Positions 9,133 through 18,650 are shown, numbered from the stretch's first letter. The stretch: DNA of 64,000 nt from an uncultured bacterium (GCA_943787795.1 CALSNU010000003.1:32001-96000); one strand, 5' to 3'. The notes: generated by a model from the sequence alone, not told the origin. Numbers and translations are program-made.

Positions 9133-10341
9133 CTAGGGCTCCTCGATGCCCTCAGGGAGGTTGAAGGCCTCGCCGTCGCGCTCCAGGGTCCACCGGCTGG
9201 TGACGTCTCGGCCGAGGTCGAGGGGTCGGAAGAGGTGAGGGAAGCGAGCGCCTCCCCTCGAGGTCTCGAACCGCACCGCGCTGGCGACGGTCTCCCGGTC
9301 CAGCTCCAGCAGCGCGACCCTCTGCGCGCCGACAAAGTGAGCCTCAAGGGTGCCCGCGAGCTGGCCGGAGAAGGAGAGGTGAACGAAGCCCTCGGTCTCG
9401 AGTGAGGGCACTGGCAGGGTGCCCTCGGTGGCCAGGCTCCCGGCGTCGGTGTCCGGGACGAGGTGGAAGAGTCGGCGCTCTCGGAGCGGCCGGTAGACCT
9501 CCAGGCACGTCCCGGGCTCCACGAGCCCGGTCTGCTCCGCGCGCCTGGCGAGGGTCTGAATGGCGCGGCGGCCCTGCTCTCCAAGGTCATGGGTCCAGTC
9601 GTTCACGTAGAGCTCAACGTGGCTCCACAGCACCTCGTCGGAGAGCTCTTGGGCGTACCGGCGCATGGACTCCAGCGTCGCCTCGGGCCTCGCCCGGGCG
9701 AGGGCCAGGGAGCGACGCAGGGCGTCCTGGACGGCCTCGACGGTGTCATCGGGGAGCGACCGCTGGGCGAAGATCCCGCCCAGGGGCAGCGGGGATCCGG
9801 TCGCCGACTCCCAGCGCGCACCCAGGTCCTCGACGAATCCGAGGCCCGACTCTGCATAGGTGAAGCGCCCCTCGTGGATGCAGACGCCGAGGTCGGCGTC
9901 GCCCTGCTCCAGAGCGGGCATGACGTCGCTGAAGATGACGTGCTCCGCCGCTGCCGCGTCGGGATAGAAGAGGCGGTAGAGGAGCGCGGCTGTGGTGTGC
10001 TCCCCGGGGCAAAGGACCCTGCTGGACGGGGTCGGGGTGAGGGGCTCGAGGCCGGCGCGGGCCAGCAGCAGGGGCCCATTACCGAACCCCAGCGCGGAGC
10101 CGGTGGGGAGGGCAAGGAGCTCTCCAGCCATCCTGAGCGCGAGGTGGTAGCTAGCCTTCGCGACGTCGAAGGCCGGAGCGGCTCCAGGATCCAGGAGCCG
10201 CTGGTTGAGCTCCTGGACGTCGAGCAGCTCGATCTCGAGGCGGTGGCCCTCGACCTCGACCTCCCTGCTCAGCAGGCCGTGGAAGAGGAACGTGTCGTTC
10301 GGGCAGGTGGAGATCCCGAGCCGGAGGTCGGGGGCGCTCAC
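9133..10341 (-). CDS. mqnD: 1,4-dihydroxy-6-naphthoate synthase MqnD fused to a C-terminal DUF952 domain
   Basis: STCPNDTF, DVQELN, ALGFGNGPLL, IHEGRFTY, DLG..W...TGSPLPLGG, HVELYVN; tail LFHLV...SLETEGFVHLS...FPHLFRPL. Confidence 0.9.
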   Translation of the reverse strand: MSAPDLRLGISTCPNDTFLFHGLLSREVEVEGHRLEIELLDVQELNQRLLDPGAAPAFDVAKASYHLALRMAGELLALPTGSALGFGNGPLLLARAGLEPLTPTPSSRVLCPGEHTTAALLYRLFYPDAAAAEHVIFSDVMPALEQGDADLGVCIHEGRFTYAESGLGFVEDLGARWESATGSPLPLGGIFAQRSLPDDTVEAVQDALRRSLALARARPEATLESMRRYAQELSDEVLWSHVELYVNDWTHDLGEQGRRAIQTLARRAEQTGLVEPGTCLEVYRPLRERRLFHLVPDTDAGSLATEGTLPVPSLETEGFVHLSFSGQLAGTLEAHFVGAQRVALLELDRETVASAVRFETSRGGARFPHLFRPLDLGRDVTSRWTLERDGEAFNLPEGIEEP

Positions 10342-11012
10342 GGCCTCCCTCCAGCGACCATCGCCCGGGCGTGGACCGCCGCTGCCTCAAGGGCCGGCTC
10401 GATCTGCCAGCGGTCCTTGTCCCGGTCGCCGGCCACGTTGGAGATGCCCCGCACCGCGCGCAGGGGGACGCCAGCCATCCGGGCGGCGAGCGCCGCGCCG
10501 AACGTCTCCATGTCCTCTGCGACGGCCCCCCGGAAGCGCTCGAGGCGCCGGGCCGCCTCGGAGGGGCTCCCGGAGGCCGCGCAGACAGACAGCAGCAGGG
10601 GCCCCTCGGCCGGCAGCTGGAGGTGCTCGTGGACCTCGCCCTCGGCGTCTTGCCACTGGGGGAAGCCGAGGGCCGAGGGGAGCAGGAGCCCGGCGTCTTG
10701 CCCCGCCCCGGCCCCGACCCCGTCCAGGGCGACCGCGCCGAACTCGGCCGCCTCGCCCACCTGAGGCCCGCTCTCGAGGCCCCCGGCGAGGCCCCCGGCG
10801 ATACCCAGGAGGAGCAGCTGTTCTGGGTGGAGGCGGGCGATGAGCGCCGAGGTCCGGGCGGCGGCCGCCACGGGGCCGAAGCCGATGACCTGGACCCCGG
10901 GCCCTCCCTGGCCCTCGAAGAGGTCCGGTGCGACGCGCTCCAGGATGGACCGCTCGAGCTCCGTGGGGACGCAGAGCAGGGTGCCGCCTGCGCTGGAAGG
11001 TTGACTGACCAT
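10338..11012 (-). CDS. mqnB: Futalosine hydrolase MqnB (MTA/SAH nucleosidase fold)
   Basis: GFGPVAAAA, GIAGG, EDMETFG, RGISNVAGDRD..W; overlaps mqnD; start ATG 11012. Confidence 0.85.
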   Translation of the reverse strand: MVSQPSSAGGTLLCVPTELERSILERVAPDLFEGQGGPGVQVIGFGPVAAAARTSALIARLHPEQLLLLGIAGGLAGGLESGPQVGEAAEFGAVALDGVGAGAGQDAGLLLPSALGFPQWQDAEGEVHEHLQLPAEGPLLLSVCAASGSPSEAARRLERFRGAVAEDMETFGAALAARMAGVPLRAVRGISNVAGDRDKDRWQIEPALEAAAVHARAMVAGGRP

Positions 11013-11120
11013 GGCAAGAACCTGCGTCGGGAGCGGCCCGGGCTCCACCCTGGAGGTGCCGAATCCTGGGTCCTGAGAATTTTGGCCCCGCCCGGGAGGG
11101 GCTGGACGGATGTTCCGGCG

Positions 11121-13481
11121 ATGGCGCGCATCGATCCAGAGAGGGCCCGCTCACTTGCGGGGGTCCTGATGATCGCCCTCGGGGCCGGCATGAACGCCTC
11201 CTGCGGCAGCGGGGGAGGCTCGACTGCACCTGCGGTCACCGGGGTCGACCTGGTCGCCCTGGGGGTGACGCCAAGCGCGTGGTCCCTTGAGGCGGGCTCT
11301 TTCGTCGTGGTCACCGCCGAGGTGGCCAATGAGGGCGCGTTTGCCTCCGCGGCCTTCGAGGTCGGGGTGTATCTCTCGGCGGATACGCAGCGTGACGCGC
11401 AGGACCCGCGGCTCCTCTCCTGGAGCCTGGCCACCCTGCCTGCGGGCGACACCTTCTCCGCTTCTGAGAGCCTGCAGATCCCCGTCACCACGCCGGCGGG
11501 GGACTACTACTTGCTCTGCGTCGCCGACGACCAGGGGGCGTTCCTCGAGGAGGCCGAAGCGAACAACGTTGTGGCCTCCACGGCCACGCTCCTGATCCAG
11601 GAGGCCGAGCGCCCCGACCTCGTCATGGAGTCGGTCAACTTCGGCGCGGTGGAGGTGCAGGCCGGCCAGTCGATCCTCGTCGATGACGCCGTGCGCAACG
11701 TCGGCGTTGAGACCAGCGGCGCATTCCGCGTGGGGATCTACCTGTCCGACGACGCCCTGATCACCCCGAGCGACGTCCTCATCGGACAGCGGCAGGTGTT
11801 GGACCTCGAGGTCGGGGTACTGGACCAGGCGAGCGGCTCGCTCACGGTCCCCCCCTTCGTCATGGCGGGGAGCTACTTCGTGGGGGCCGTCGCGGATGAC
11901 CTCGGGGCCATCATCGAGATGGACGAGCTCAACAATGAACTCGCCGCCCCCGGGACGATCGCCGTGACCTCCGCGCCCGCCCCTGACCTCGCGGCGGCCT
12001 CGATCAGCTTCACCCCACCCTCGGTCGAGGGTGGGCAGTCCATCGTGGTGGACGAGTCGATCTTGAATCAGGGCCTCGCCGCGGCGCCCCTGTTCCAGAT
12101 CGGCGTCTACCTCTCCGAGGACTCGACCATCGACCCGGCGACGGACCTCTTGATCGGCACTCGGACCGAGAGCCTGCTCCCCGTGGGCAGCCTCTCCAGC
12201 TCCGGCCCGACGTCCATCCCCGTCCCCGCGTCCACGCCGCCAGGGGAGTACTTCGTCGGCGTCTACGCGGACAGCTCGGAGCTCCTCGTCGAGCTGGACG
12301 AGGGGAACAACGGGCTCATCGGCGTGGGCCGTCTCACGGTCTCGTCGCCGCCGCTCTCGGATCTGGTGGCCAGCCAGTTCAGCTTCTCGCCTTCGGCGGT
12401 GCAGTCGGGCACCGGAGCCTCCGTCAACGTCGAGGATGAGGTCACGAACCTCGGGCTCGCGACGAGCTCGACGGTGCGGGTCTCGGTCTACCTGTCCAGC
12501 GACGCTGCGATCACGACCAACGACGTGCTCCTCGGCTTTCACGAGCTCTCTCCCCTGAGCGTCGGGGTCGGCTCGTCGAGGTCGCTGAGCATGCCGGTCC
12601 CCGGGGGCATCGCCCCGGGCTCCTACCGGGTCGGGCTCTGGGTGGACGACCTCAACACCGAACCCGAGCTCAACGAGGGCAACAACCTCCTCGTGGCGGG
12701 CGGCCTCCTCGATGTCCTGGAGGGCGGGATCGCCGCGCCGAACCTCGTCACCGAGCTGATGGACCCGGCGGTCTCGACGGCGGAGCCCGGCGAGCCGTTC
12801 CAGGTCGTGTCGCGCGTGGCGAACAGCGGCGACGCCTCCTGCGGCGCGTTCAGGATCGGGATCTACCTCTCGACCGATGAGACCATCACCAGCAGCGACA
12901 CGCTGCTCGGTGACCGGCTCGTCCCGTTCGGCCTCGGCTCGTCCTTCTCGACCGTCGCGAGCGCGCCGGTCACGGTCCCGCTGGGCACCCCGGAGGGGGA
13001 GTACACGATCGGCGCCCTCGCGGACTGGCAGGACATCGTCTCCGAGTCCGATGAGACGGACAACGGCCTCAACGCCGCGGGCATCTTCCGCGTGCGGATC
13101 CCACCGCCCCCCGCGCCGGATCTGGTGGCCTCGGACGTCGACGTGATCGACGAGTCGCCGTTCACAACCGGTGAGGTGATCCGCGTGGGGCACACCGTCA
13201 CCAACTCCGGCGAGCTCGACGCCGGCTCCTTCAGGGTCGGCATCTACCTCTCCGAGGACGAGGTCATCGACCCTCTCGAGGACACGCTGCTCGGCACCCG
13301 CGTGCTCTCCAGCCTCAGCATCGGCAGCAGCAGCGCGGCCAATACCACCGTCCAACTCCCGCCCAATGTGGCGCTGACGGCCTGGCGCATCGGCGTGCTC
13401 GTGGATGACCTCGAGGCCCAGGCGGAGAGCGACGAGGGGAACAACAGCGCTGTCGATCCAGAAGCCCACGTCATTCAGTGA
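11121..13481 (+). CDS. Lipoprotein with six tandem CARDB/Ig-like domains
   Basis: Lipobox-like MNASC followed by GSGGGS; six repeats (P/S)DL...V.N.G...F.VG(I/V)YLS.D...G.Y.....D....E..E.NN; start ATG 11121, not the upstream shadow start. Confidence 0.85.
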   Translation: MARIDPERARSLAGVLMIALGAGMNASCGSGGGSTAPAVTGVDLVALGVTPSAWSLEAGSFVVVTAEVANEGAFASAAFEVGVYLSADTQRDAQDPRLLSWSLATLPAGDTFSASESLQIPVTTPAGDYYLLCVADDQGAFLEEAEANNVVASTATLLIQEAERPDLVMESVNFGAVEVQAGQSILVDDAVRNVGVETSGAFRVGIYLSDDALITPSDVLIGQRQVLDLEVGVLDQASGSLTVPPFVMAGSYFVGAVADDLGAIIEMDELNNELAAPGTIAVTSAPAPDLAAASISFTPPSVEGGQSIVVDESILNQGLAAAPLFQIGVYLSEDSTIDPATDLLIGTRTESLLPVGSLSSSGPTSIPVPASTPPGEYFVGVYADSSELLVELDEGNNGLIGVGRLTVSSPPLSDLVASQFSFSPSAVQSGTGASVNVEDEVTNLGLATSSTVRVSVYLSSDAAITTNDVLLGFHELSPLSVGVGSSRSLSMPVPGGIAPGSYRVGLWVDDLNTEPELNEGNNLLVAGGLLDVLEGGIAAPNLVTELMDPAVSTAEPGEPFQVVSRVANSGDASCGAFRIGIYLSTDETITSSDTLLGDRLVPFGLGSSFSTVASAPVTVPLGTPEGEYTIGALADWQDIVSESDETDNGLNAAGIFRVRIPPPPAPDLVASDVDVIDESPFTTGEVIRVGHTVTNSGELDAGSFRVGIYLSEDEVIDPLEDTLLGTRVLSSLSIGSSSAANTTVQLPPNVALTAWRIGVLVDDLEAQAESDEGNNSAVDPEAHVIQ

Positions 13482-13485
13482 TGCC

Positions 13486-13776
13486 ATGAACCGATCCATC
13501 GACCGCTCCTCACCGCTCCGCCGCCCCCTCGTGGTCGCCGCCGCGATCGTGGTGGCCGTCGCGGCTGGGGCCGAGGAGCTCACCAGCCGGGGCGACTTCG
13601 GTGCGCCGCCCGCCGCGGTTCACGATGAGGGAGCCCTGCCCGCCGCGCTGCGAGCGCTGAGCCGCCATGACCGCGTCCCGTCGGAGCCCGGCGGCTATGT
13701 GGACGTGTGGGGGCCCCTCGCCCCGTGGGAGGTGCGGCTCCTCGAGGGGCGAGGCACGCCCCGAACCGGGCGCTGA
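13486..13776 (+). CDS. Small hypothetical protein with N-terminal hydrophobic helix
   Basis: ATG 4 nt after the CARDB gene stop; LVVAAAIVVAVAAG segment. Confidence 0.45.
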   Translation: MNRSIDRSSPLRRPLVVAAAIVVAVAAGAEELTSRGDFGAPPAAVHDEGALPAALRALSRHDRVPSEPGGYVDVWGPLAPWEVRLLEGRGTPRTGR

Positions 13777-13819
13777 ATACCCCGTGACGCCGGCCGGCGC
13801 GGGCCGCAGAATCGCCGCC

Positions 13820-15541
13820 ATGAATGGCGAGGGAGTTCATGGCGGGGCCCGAGATCCGAGGGTGCTTGAGGCACTCCGTGGAGTCTTCGGGATCGAGGAC
13901 TATCGCGGCCCCCAGGAGCGCGCCATCGACGCGGTGCTCGCGGGGCGAGATGTGCTCCTGGCGATGCCCACCGGGGGCGGTAAGTCGCTGGTGTATCAGC
14001 TGCCCGCGGTCGTGGCGGAGGGGCTGACCCTGGTGGTCAGTCCGCTGATCGCGCTCATGAAGGACCAGGTGGACGCGCTCCGGGCCCGGGGAATTCGAGC
14101 CACCTTCGTGAACTCCTCGATCAGCGCCGCGGAGCGCGCCCGGCGACTCGAGGCTGCTGTGGCGGGGGACCTGGACCTCCTGTATGTCACCCCCGAGCGC
14201 TTCCGTCAGCCCGACTTTGCGGGGAGGCTCCGCGAGCTCCCCGTGCGCCGGCTCGCGGTGGACGAGGCCCACTGCATCAGCCAATGGGGGCACGACTTTC
14301 GGCCCGACTTCTCCCGGCTCGGAGAGTACCGCCGGCGCCTTGGCGGGGTCCCGACGATCGCGCTGACGGCGACCGCGACTCCGGCCGTGGCTGAGGACAT
14401 CGTCCTTCGCCTGGACCTCGAGGACCCCCTCGTCCTGCGCACGGGGATCGAGCGCGAGAACCTCTTCATGGCCGTGACCGAGGTGACGAGCGAGGAGGAG
14501 AAGGTGGACGTCTTGGTGGAGCGTCTCCGGGCCATCGATGGGCCAGGCATCGTCTACGGGGCGCTCATCAAGGACCTCGAGCGGATCCACGGCGAGCTGC
14601 GGCGGCGCGGCGTCGAGACGCTCGTGTATCACGGCAAGCTCTCGGCGGAGGAGCGGCGGGGGATGCAGGAGCGCTTCATGGGGTCGTCGGAGCTGGTGGT
14701 CCTCGCCACGAACGCCTTCGGGATGGGCATCGACAAGGCGGACATCCGGTTCGTGATCCACACTCAGATGCCGCGCACCCTGGAGGCGTGGACCCAGGAG
14801 GTGGGGCGGGCCGGCCGTGACGGCGCGCCCGCCTGGTGCGAGCTGCTCTACTTCCCCGAGGATATCGCCATCCAGGACACCTTCGTGCGCTGGGCGAACC
14901 CGACCCTGGAGTATGTGGTGATGGTCTACGAGACCCTCGCGGGATGGGGGGAGCGGGTGCAGCTCAAGGATGAGGCCGACCTGCGGGCAGAGCTGCTCGT
15001 GAAGGAGCGGCGGGACAACCGCGTGGGGATCGCCCTGCGCTGGCTTGAGGTGCTCGGCGTGACGTCGGGGTCCTTCGAGAACCACGACCTCGGGGTGCGC
15101 CGCCCGCTGGACCCCGACGAGCTCCCGGTCTTCCTGGCCACGGGCGAGAAGCTGCAGGACGACCTTCGAGCCCTGCTCTCCATGGTCGAGTTCGCCAAGA
15201 ACGAGGCGCGGCCCCGCAGGGAGCTCCTCGCAGAGCACTTCGGGCTCGAGGACCAGGTCGGGCGCGGCTGCGATAACACCGAGGACGCCGCGGCGTGGCG
15301 CGCGACGCACCTGACCGAGCGGGCGCAGGCGCCGCCGGCGCCCGCCGCATCCGTGCCGCTCGCGGCCGACCCCGACGCGCCCTTCGCCCGCGGAGACTGG
15401 GTGGAGATCGACGGCCGACACCTGGGGCAGGTGGTCAAGGTCGAGGGCGAGGGCCGGCGCACTCGCCTCGTGGTGGAGAGCGCCGGGGACTTCCGGCGGC
15501 GGACGGTCGACCCGCGGCGCCGGCAGGTGCGGAAGATCTGA
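13820..15541 (+). CDS. recQ: RecQ-family helicase, atypical (degenerate Zn site, C-terminal SH3/Tudor-like domain)
   Basis: MPTGGGKS, SPLIALMKDQV, DEAHCISQWGHDFRP, TATAT, AFGMGIDK, QEVGRAGRDG. Confidence 0.9.
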   Translation: MNGEGVHGGARDPRVLEALRGVFGIEDYRGPQERAIDAVLAGRDVLLAMPTGGGKSLVYQLPAVVAEGLTLVVSPLIALMKDQVDALRARGIRATFVNSSISAAERARRLEAAVAGDLDLLYVTPERFRQPDFAGRLRELPVRRLAVDEAHCISQWGHDFRPDFSRLGEYRRRLGGVPTIALTATATPAVAEDIVLRLDLEDPLVLRTGIERENLFMAVTEVTSEEEKVDVLVERLRAIDGPGIVYGALIKDLERIHGELRRRGVETLVYHGKLSAEERRGMQERFMGSSELVVLATNAFGMGIDKADIRFVIHTQMPRTLEAWTQEVGRAGRDGAPAWCELLYFPEDIAIQDTFVRWANPTLEYVVMVYETLAGWGERVQLKDEADLRAELLVKERRDNRVGIALRWLEVLGVTSGSFENHDLGVRRPLDPDELPVFLATGEKLQDDLRALLSMVEFAKNEARPRRELLAEHFGLEDQVGRGCDNTEDAAAWRATHLTERAQAPPAPAASVPLAADPDAPFARGDWVEIDGRHLGQVVKVEGEGRRTRLVVESAGDFRRRTVDPRRRQVRKI

Positions 15542-15557
15542 GCGGCGCCGAGGCGCC

Positions 15558-16136
15558 TCAGCAGGTCCCCGCCAGGGGCACCCGCTGCAGGGTCATGGGC
15601 AGCTCGGTGGAGACGTCGAAGCGCGCGGCGGTCTCCACGCCGGCCCGCGCGAGGGCCTCGGCGTCCGCGGCGGTCGCGCTGGCGACGCTCATGGCGCCGA
15701 GGGCGAACTCTGCGCCAGAGCCGAAGGCGTAGAACGAGCGGAACTCCTGGACGGAGCGCTGGGGGTAGGCGCCGAAGATACCCCCCGGCGAGGCGATGAT
15801 CATCTCCATGCGCATAGACTCGTAGTCGTCCTGGCTGTCCTCTTTGCCGAGGACGAAGTAGTCATCCCGGAGGGAACGCTGAAGCTGCGTCAAGAAGTCG
15901 AAGATCTGGTCCGTGTTCCTGAGCTGCGGCACTTCCTTCAGGGCCCGGAGGTGGTGCCCGAGGATCAACTGCGCCGAGGCCGGCCCGGTGGGAGCGACCC
16001 ATGCCTCGCCCACCTGGACGAGCTTGTCGCTGGACGCGACGAGGTCCGCCGGCTCCTTGAGGTCACCGTAGGTGGCGAGGGTGTCCGCGGCGATGCACGC
16101 GACTCCGTTCTTCTTGGTGACGACGACGGTGGTCAT
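15558..16136 (-). CDS. Proteasome-beta/HslV-like Ntn protease (BPH-like)
   Basis: Starts MTT (Thr1), IAADT, DKL (Lys33 equivalent), YAFGSGAEFALGAM, A..FD..T; start ATG 16136. Confidence 0.8.
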   Translation of the reverse strand: MTTVVVTKKNGVACIAADTLATYGDLKEPADLVASSDKLVQVGEAWVAPTGPASAQLILGHHLRALKEVPQLRNTDQIFDFLTQLQRSLRDDYFVLGKEDSQDDYESMRMEMIIASPGGIFGAYPQRSVQEFRSFYAFGSGAEFALGAMSVASATAADAEALARAGVETAARFDVSTELPMTLQRVPLAGTC

Positions 16137-16277
16137 GGGGTCCTGAGGGTCCGAGGTGGAGCGGCGAGGGCCGAGCGCCGGGGAGGCGCGGCCGGGGCGG
16201 ACCATAGCGCAGGTGGCCGGGGTTCGGCGAGGATCCGCTCTCGTTCGCGGGCGCTCCTGCGCCGTACGGCGCGCTCC

Positions 16278-16952
16278 ATGTGGGCCGGCGGTATGTGGGG
16301 CGGCGCTCTCGCAGGGGCCGCGCTCCTCGCGGCTTGCGCGGCGTCGGACCCCACGCGAGAGGTGGCGGCGGAAGCTCCGACGCCGCCCTGGCAGGAGCTC
16401 TTCGACGGGCGTGACCTGTCCTCGTGGAAGACCGGCGTCTTCGGCGAGTTCCCGGAGTTCGACCGCGTAGAGGACGGCGTGGTCATCCCCCAGGGCGTCC
16501 CGCTCGCGGGGCTGACCTACCAGGGCGAGCCGCCTACGCCGCCCTTCGAGGCGGAGTTTGAGGTGACCAAGGAGTACGGCGCGGACTTCTTCTTCTCGGT
16601 GACCTTCCCGGTGCGTGGCGAGCACTTGACGCTCGTGTTGGGCGGTTGGGGGGGGGTGGTCTGCGGGCTCTCCTGCCTGGACGGTGAGGACGCCTCGGGC
16701 AACGAGACCCGAACGCTCCGCGTCTTCCCCGACGGTACGCGCTATCGGATCTCAATGGTGGTGACGGACGAGCGGGTCCGGGTAGACCTGGACGGGGAGG
16801 GCTTGATCGACGCGGACCTGCGCGGACGCGAGCTCGAACTGCGTCCCGAAGTTGACCCCTCCGTCCCGTTCGGGGTCGCGTCCTTCGCCACTCAGACCAT
16901 CCTGCACCGCGTGAGAGTGCGACAGCTGGGTCCCGGCGGTTTCGGCCCTTGA
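16278..16952 (+). CDS. DUF1080 / 3-keto-disaccharide hydrolase-like lipoprotein
   Basis: Lipobox LAAC, WQELFDGRDLSSW, DFF..TFPV, LGGWGG.VCGLS.LDG.DAS.NET. Confidence 0.8.
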   Translation: MWAGGMWGGALAGAALLAACAASDPTREVAAEAPTPPWQELFDGRDLSSWKTGVFGEFPEFDRVEDGVVIPQGVPLAGLTYQGEPPTPPFEAEFEVTKEYGADFFFSVTFPVRGEHLTLVLGGWGGVVCGLSCLDGEDASGNETRTLRVFPDGTRYRISMVVTDERVRVDLDGEGLIDADLRGRELELRPEVDPSVPFGVASFATQTILHRVRVRQLGPGGFGP

Positions 16953-16984
16953 CGGCCCTGACGGGTCGGGGCGACGATTAGATC

Positions 16985-18502
16985 ATGTCCTTCACCCCGA
17001 TCCGCGCTGCCCTCCTCGCGTTCCTCGCTCTCTTCCTCGCGTCGCCCGCCAAGGCGACCTGGTCGATCGTGGTCATCAATCGTGTGACCGGTGAGCTCGC
17101 GGTGGCGACGTCCACCTGTATCGCCGGCTTCGACATCGCGACGGCGGTCCCGGTCATCCGTGTCGGCTACGCGGCGGGCGCCGCGCAGTCGTTCGTGATC
17201 TCGCAGGCCACCAACCGGCGGCGGATCTTCCGCAATTCGCTCCGGGGCGCCACGCCCCAGCAGCTCCTCGACCTGATCGAGGCCAGCGACGGCGGCTTCC
17301 AGAATCGCCAGTTCGGGATCGTGGCCTTCGCGGGATCTCCGGTCACGCACACGGGCAGCTCGAACGGCGACTTCGCGGACGGGCTGACGGGGTCCTTCGG
17401 TCCCTACGAGTATGCGATCCAGGGGAACGTGCTCACGGGCGCCAACGTGGTGCTCGACTGTGAGGCGGCCTTCCTCGCCACGAACGGCGACCTCGGAGAG
17501 CGCATGGTGGCGGCCATGGAGGCGGCGCGCGACGCGGGCGGAGACGGGCGCTGCTCCTGCGCGCCAGGGACGCCCACGGGCTGCGGCTCCCCGCCGCCGA
17601 GCTTCACGTACGCCTCCTACAACGCCTTCATGGCGATCGCGCGGCTGGGAGATACCGACGCGCCGTGCCTGGGGACCACCGGTTGCGCCGCCGGAGATTA
17701 CTACCTGCGCATCACCTACGCGGGCGGCCCCAACGGCCAGGAGCCGATCGCGCGACTGCGCCAGGAGTACGACGCCTGGCGGGCGGGTCAGGTGGCGCGG
17801 CCGGACCACGTGCTGAGCGAGTTGACCTCCTCGGTCCCGCGCCTGCAGGCCGACGGGAAGACGTCGAGCCGGGTGGAGATCCGCCTCCGGGACATCGACG
17901 GGAACCCCCTCGCCATGGGCGGTCAGACGGTGACGGTGACGAGGGCCTCAGGGCCGAACGTCGCCCAGGCCGCCAACGTGGTGGACAACGGCGACGGGAC
18001 CCACAGCCTGGATCTCGTGGCCACGCTGAACCAGGGAGTGGGGACGTATCACGTCACCGTGGACGATGGCATCCGGCCCGTGCAACTCTACCCCGTGCTC
18101 GTGATCGAGTCCGCCGCCCCCGCACAGGTCCACATCGGCCAGGCCGAGCTCTCGGCCGCCGACGGGACCCCGCTGCCGATCATCATTGACCGCGGCGCCG
18201 CTGATGGCGGCGCCTCGTATCGCGTGCTCGCCTCGCTGTCCGGGACTCAGCCGGGATCGGTCCTGGGAGGCGTGAACGTGCCGCTCAACCCTGATCGGAT
18301 CTTCAGCTTCACGGCGGGCTGGCCTGGCGGCGCCCCCTTCACCGGGAACGCGGGTGTCCTGGATCAAGACGGTCGAGGCGAGGCGGTCCTCGACCTGCTC
18401 CCTGGGGCGCTGGTGCCCTTCGTCGGCTCCACGCTGTCCTTCAGCGCGGTGATCGGCGGGCAGGCGGCCACTCCTGCGGCGTCCATCCTGGTCGGGCCCT
18501 GA
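16985..18502 (+). CDS. Secreted DUF1028 Ntn-hydrolase plus invasin-like Ig domain plus C-terminal domain (copy 1)
   Basis: Signal peptide AKA|TWSIV, AQS, RQFGIV, HTG, QGNVL, AGGDGRC; ADGKT...DNGDGT Ig motif. Confidence 0.85.
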   Translation: MSFTPIRAALLAFLALFLASPAKATWSIVVINRVTGELAVATSTCIAGFDIATAVPVIRVGYAAGAAQSFVISQATNRRRIFRNSLRGATPQQLLDLIEASDGGFQNRQFGIVAFAGSPVTHTGSSNGDFADGLTGSFGPYEYAIQGNVLTGANVVLDCEAAFLATNGDLGERMVAAMEAARDAGGDGRCSCAPGTPTGCGSPPPSFTYASYNAFMAIARLGDTDAPCLGTTGCAAGDYYLRITYAGGPNGQEPIARLRQEYDAWRAGQVARPDHVLSELTSSVPRLQADGKTSSRVEIRLRDIDGNPLAMGGQTVTVTRASGPNVAQAANVVDNGDGTHSLDLVATLNQGVGTYHVTVDDGIRPVQLYPVLVIESAAPAQVHIGQAELSAADGTPLPIIIDRGAADGGASYRVLASLSGTQPGSVLGGVNVPLNPDRIFSFTAGWPGGAPFTGNAGVLDQDGRGEAVLDLLPGALVPFVGSTLSFSAVIGGQAATPAASILVGP

Positions 18503-18585
18503 GTTTGCCCCCGAGTCTGCCCCCGAGGCTGGCCCAGAGGCTGCCCCGGAGGCTGTCTCAGGGGCCGTCTCAGAGGTTGCCTCTG
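18499..18585. repeat. Degenerate 12-bp tandem array (about 7 units, CTGCCCCCGAGG-like) between the two paralogues
   Basis: Read directly. Confidence 0.65.
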
Positions 18586-18635
18586 CGGCGGTCTCCGGGG
18601 TTCCTCCCGGATCCGGGGCCCCGATCGCCGGGCGG

Positions 18636-18650
18636 TGCTAGGGTCGAGCC
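18636..18650 (+). promoter_or_regulatory. Extended -10 (TGcTAGGGT) 6 nt before ATG; probable leaderless promoter
   Basis: TG 18636-18637, TAGGGT 18639-18644, ATG 18651, no Shine-Dalgarno. Confidence 0.5.

Noticed and set aside
10371..11120. N-terminal 250 aa of the 1036-aa ORF
   Set aside because: Overlaps mqnB on the opposite strand; a lipoprotein signal begins at ATG 11121.
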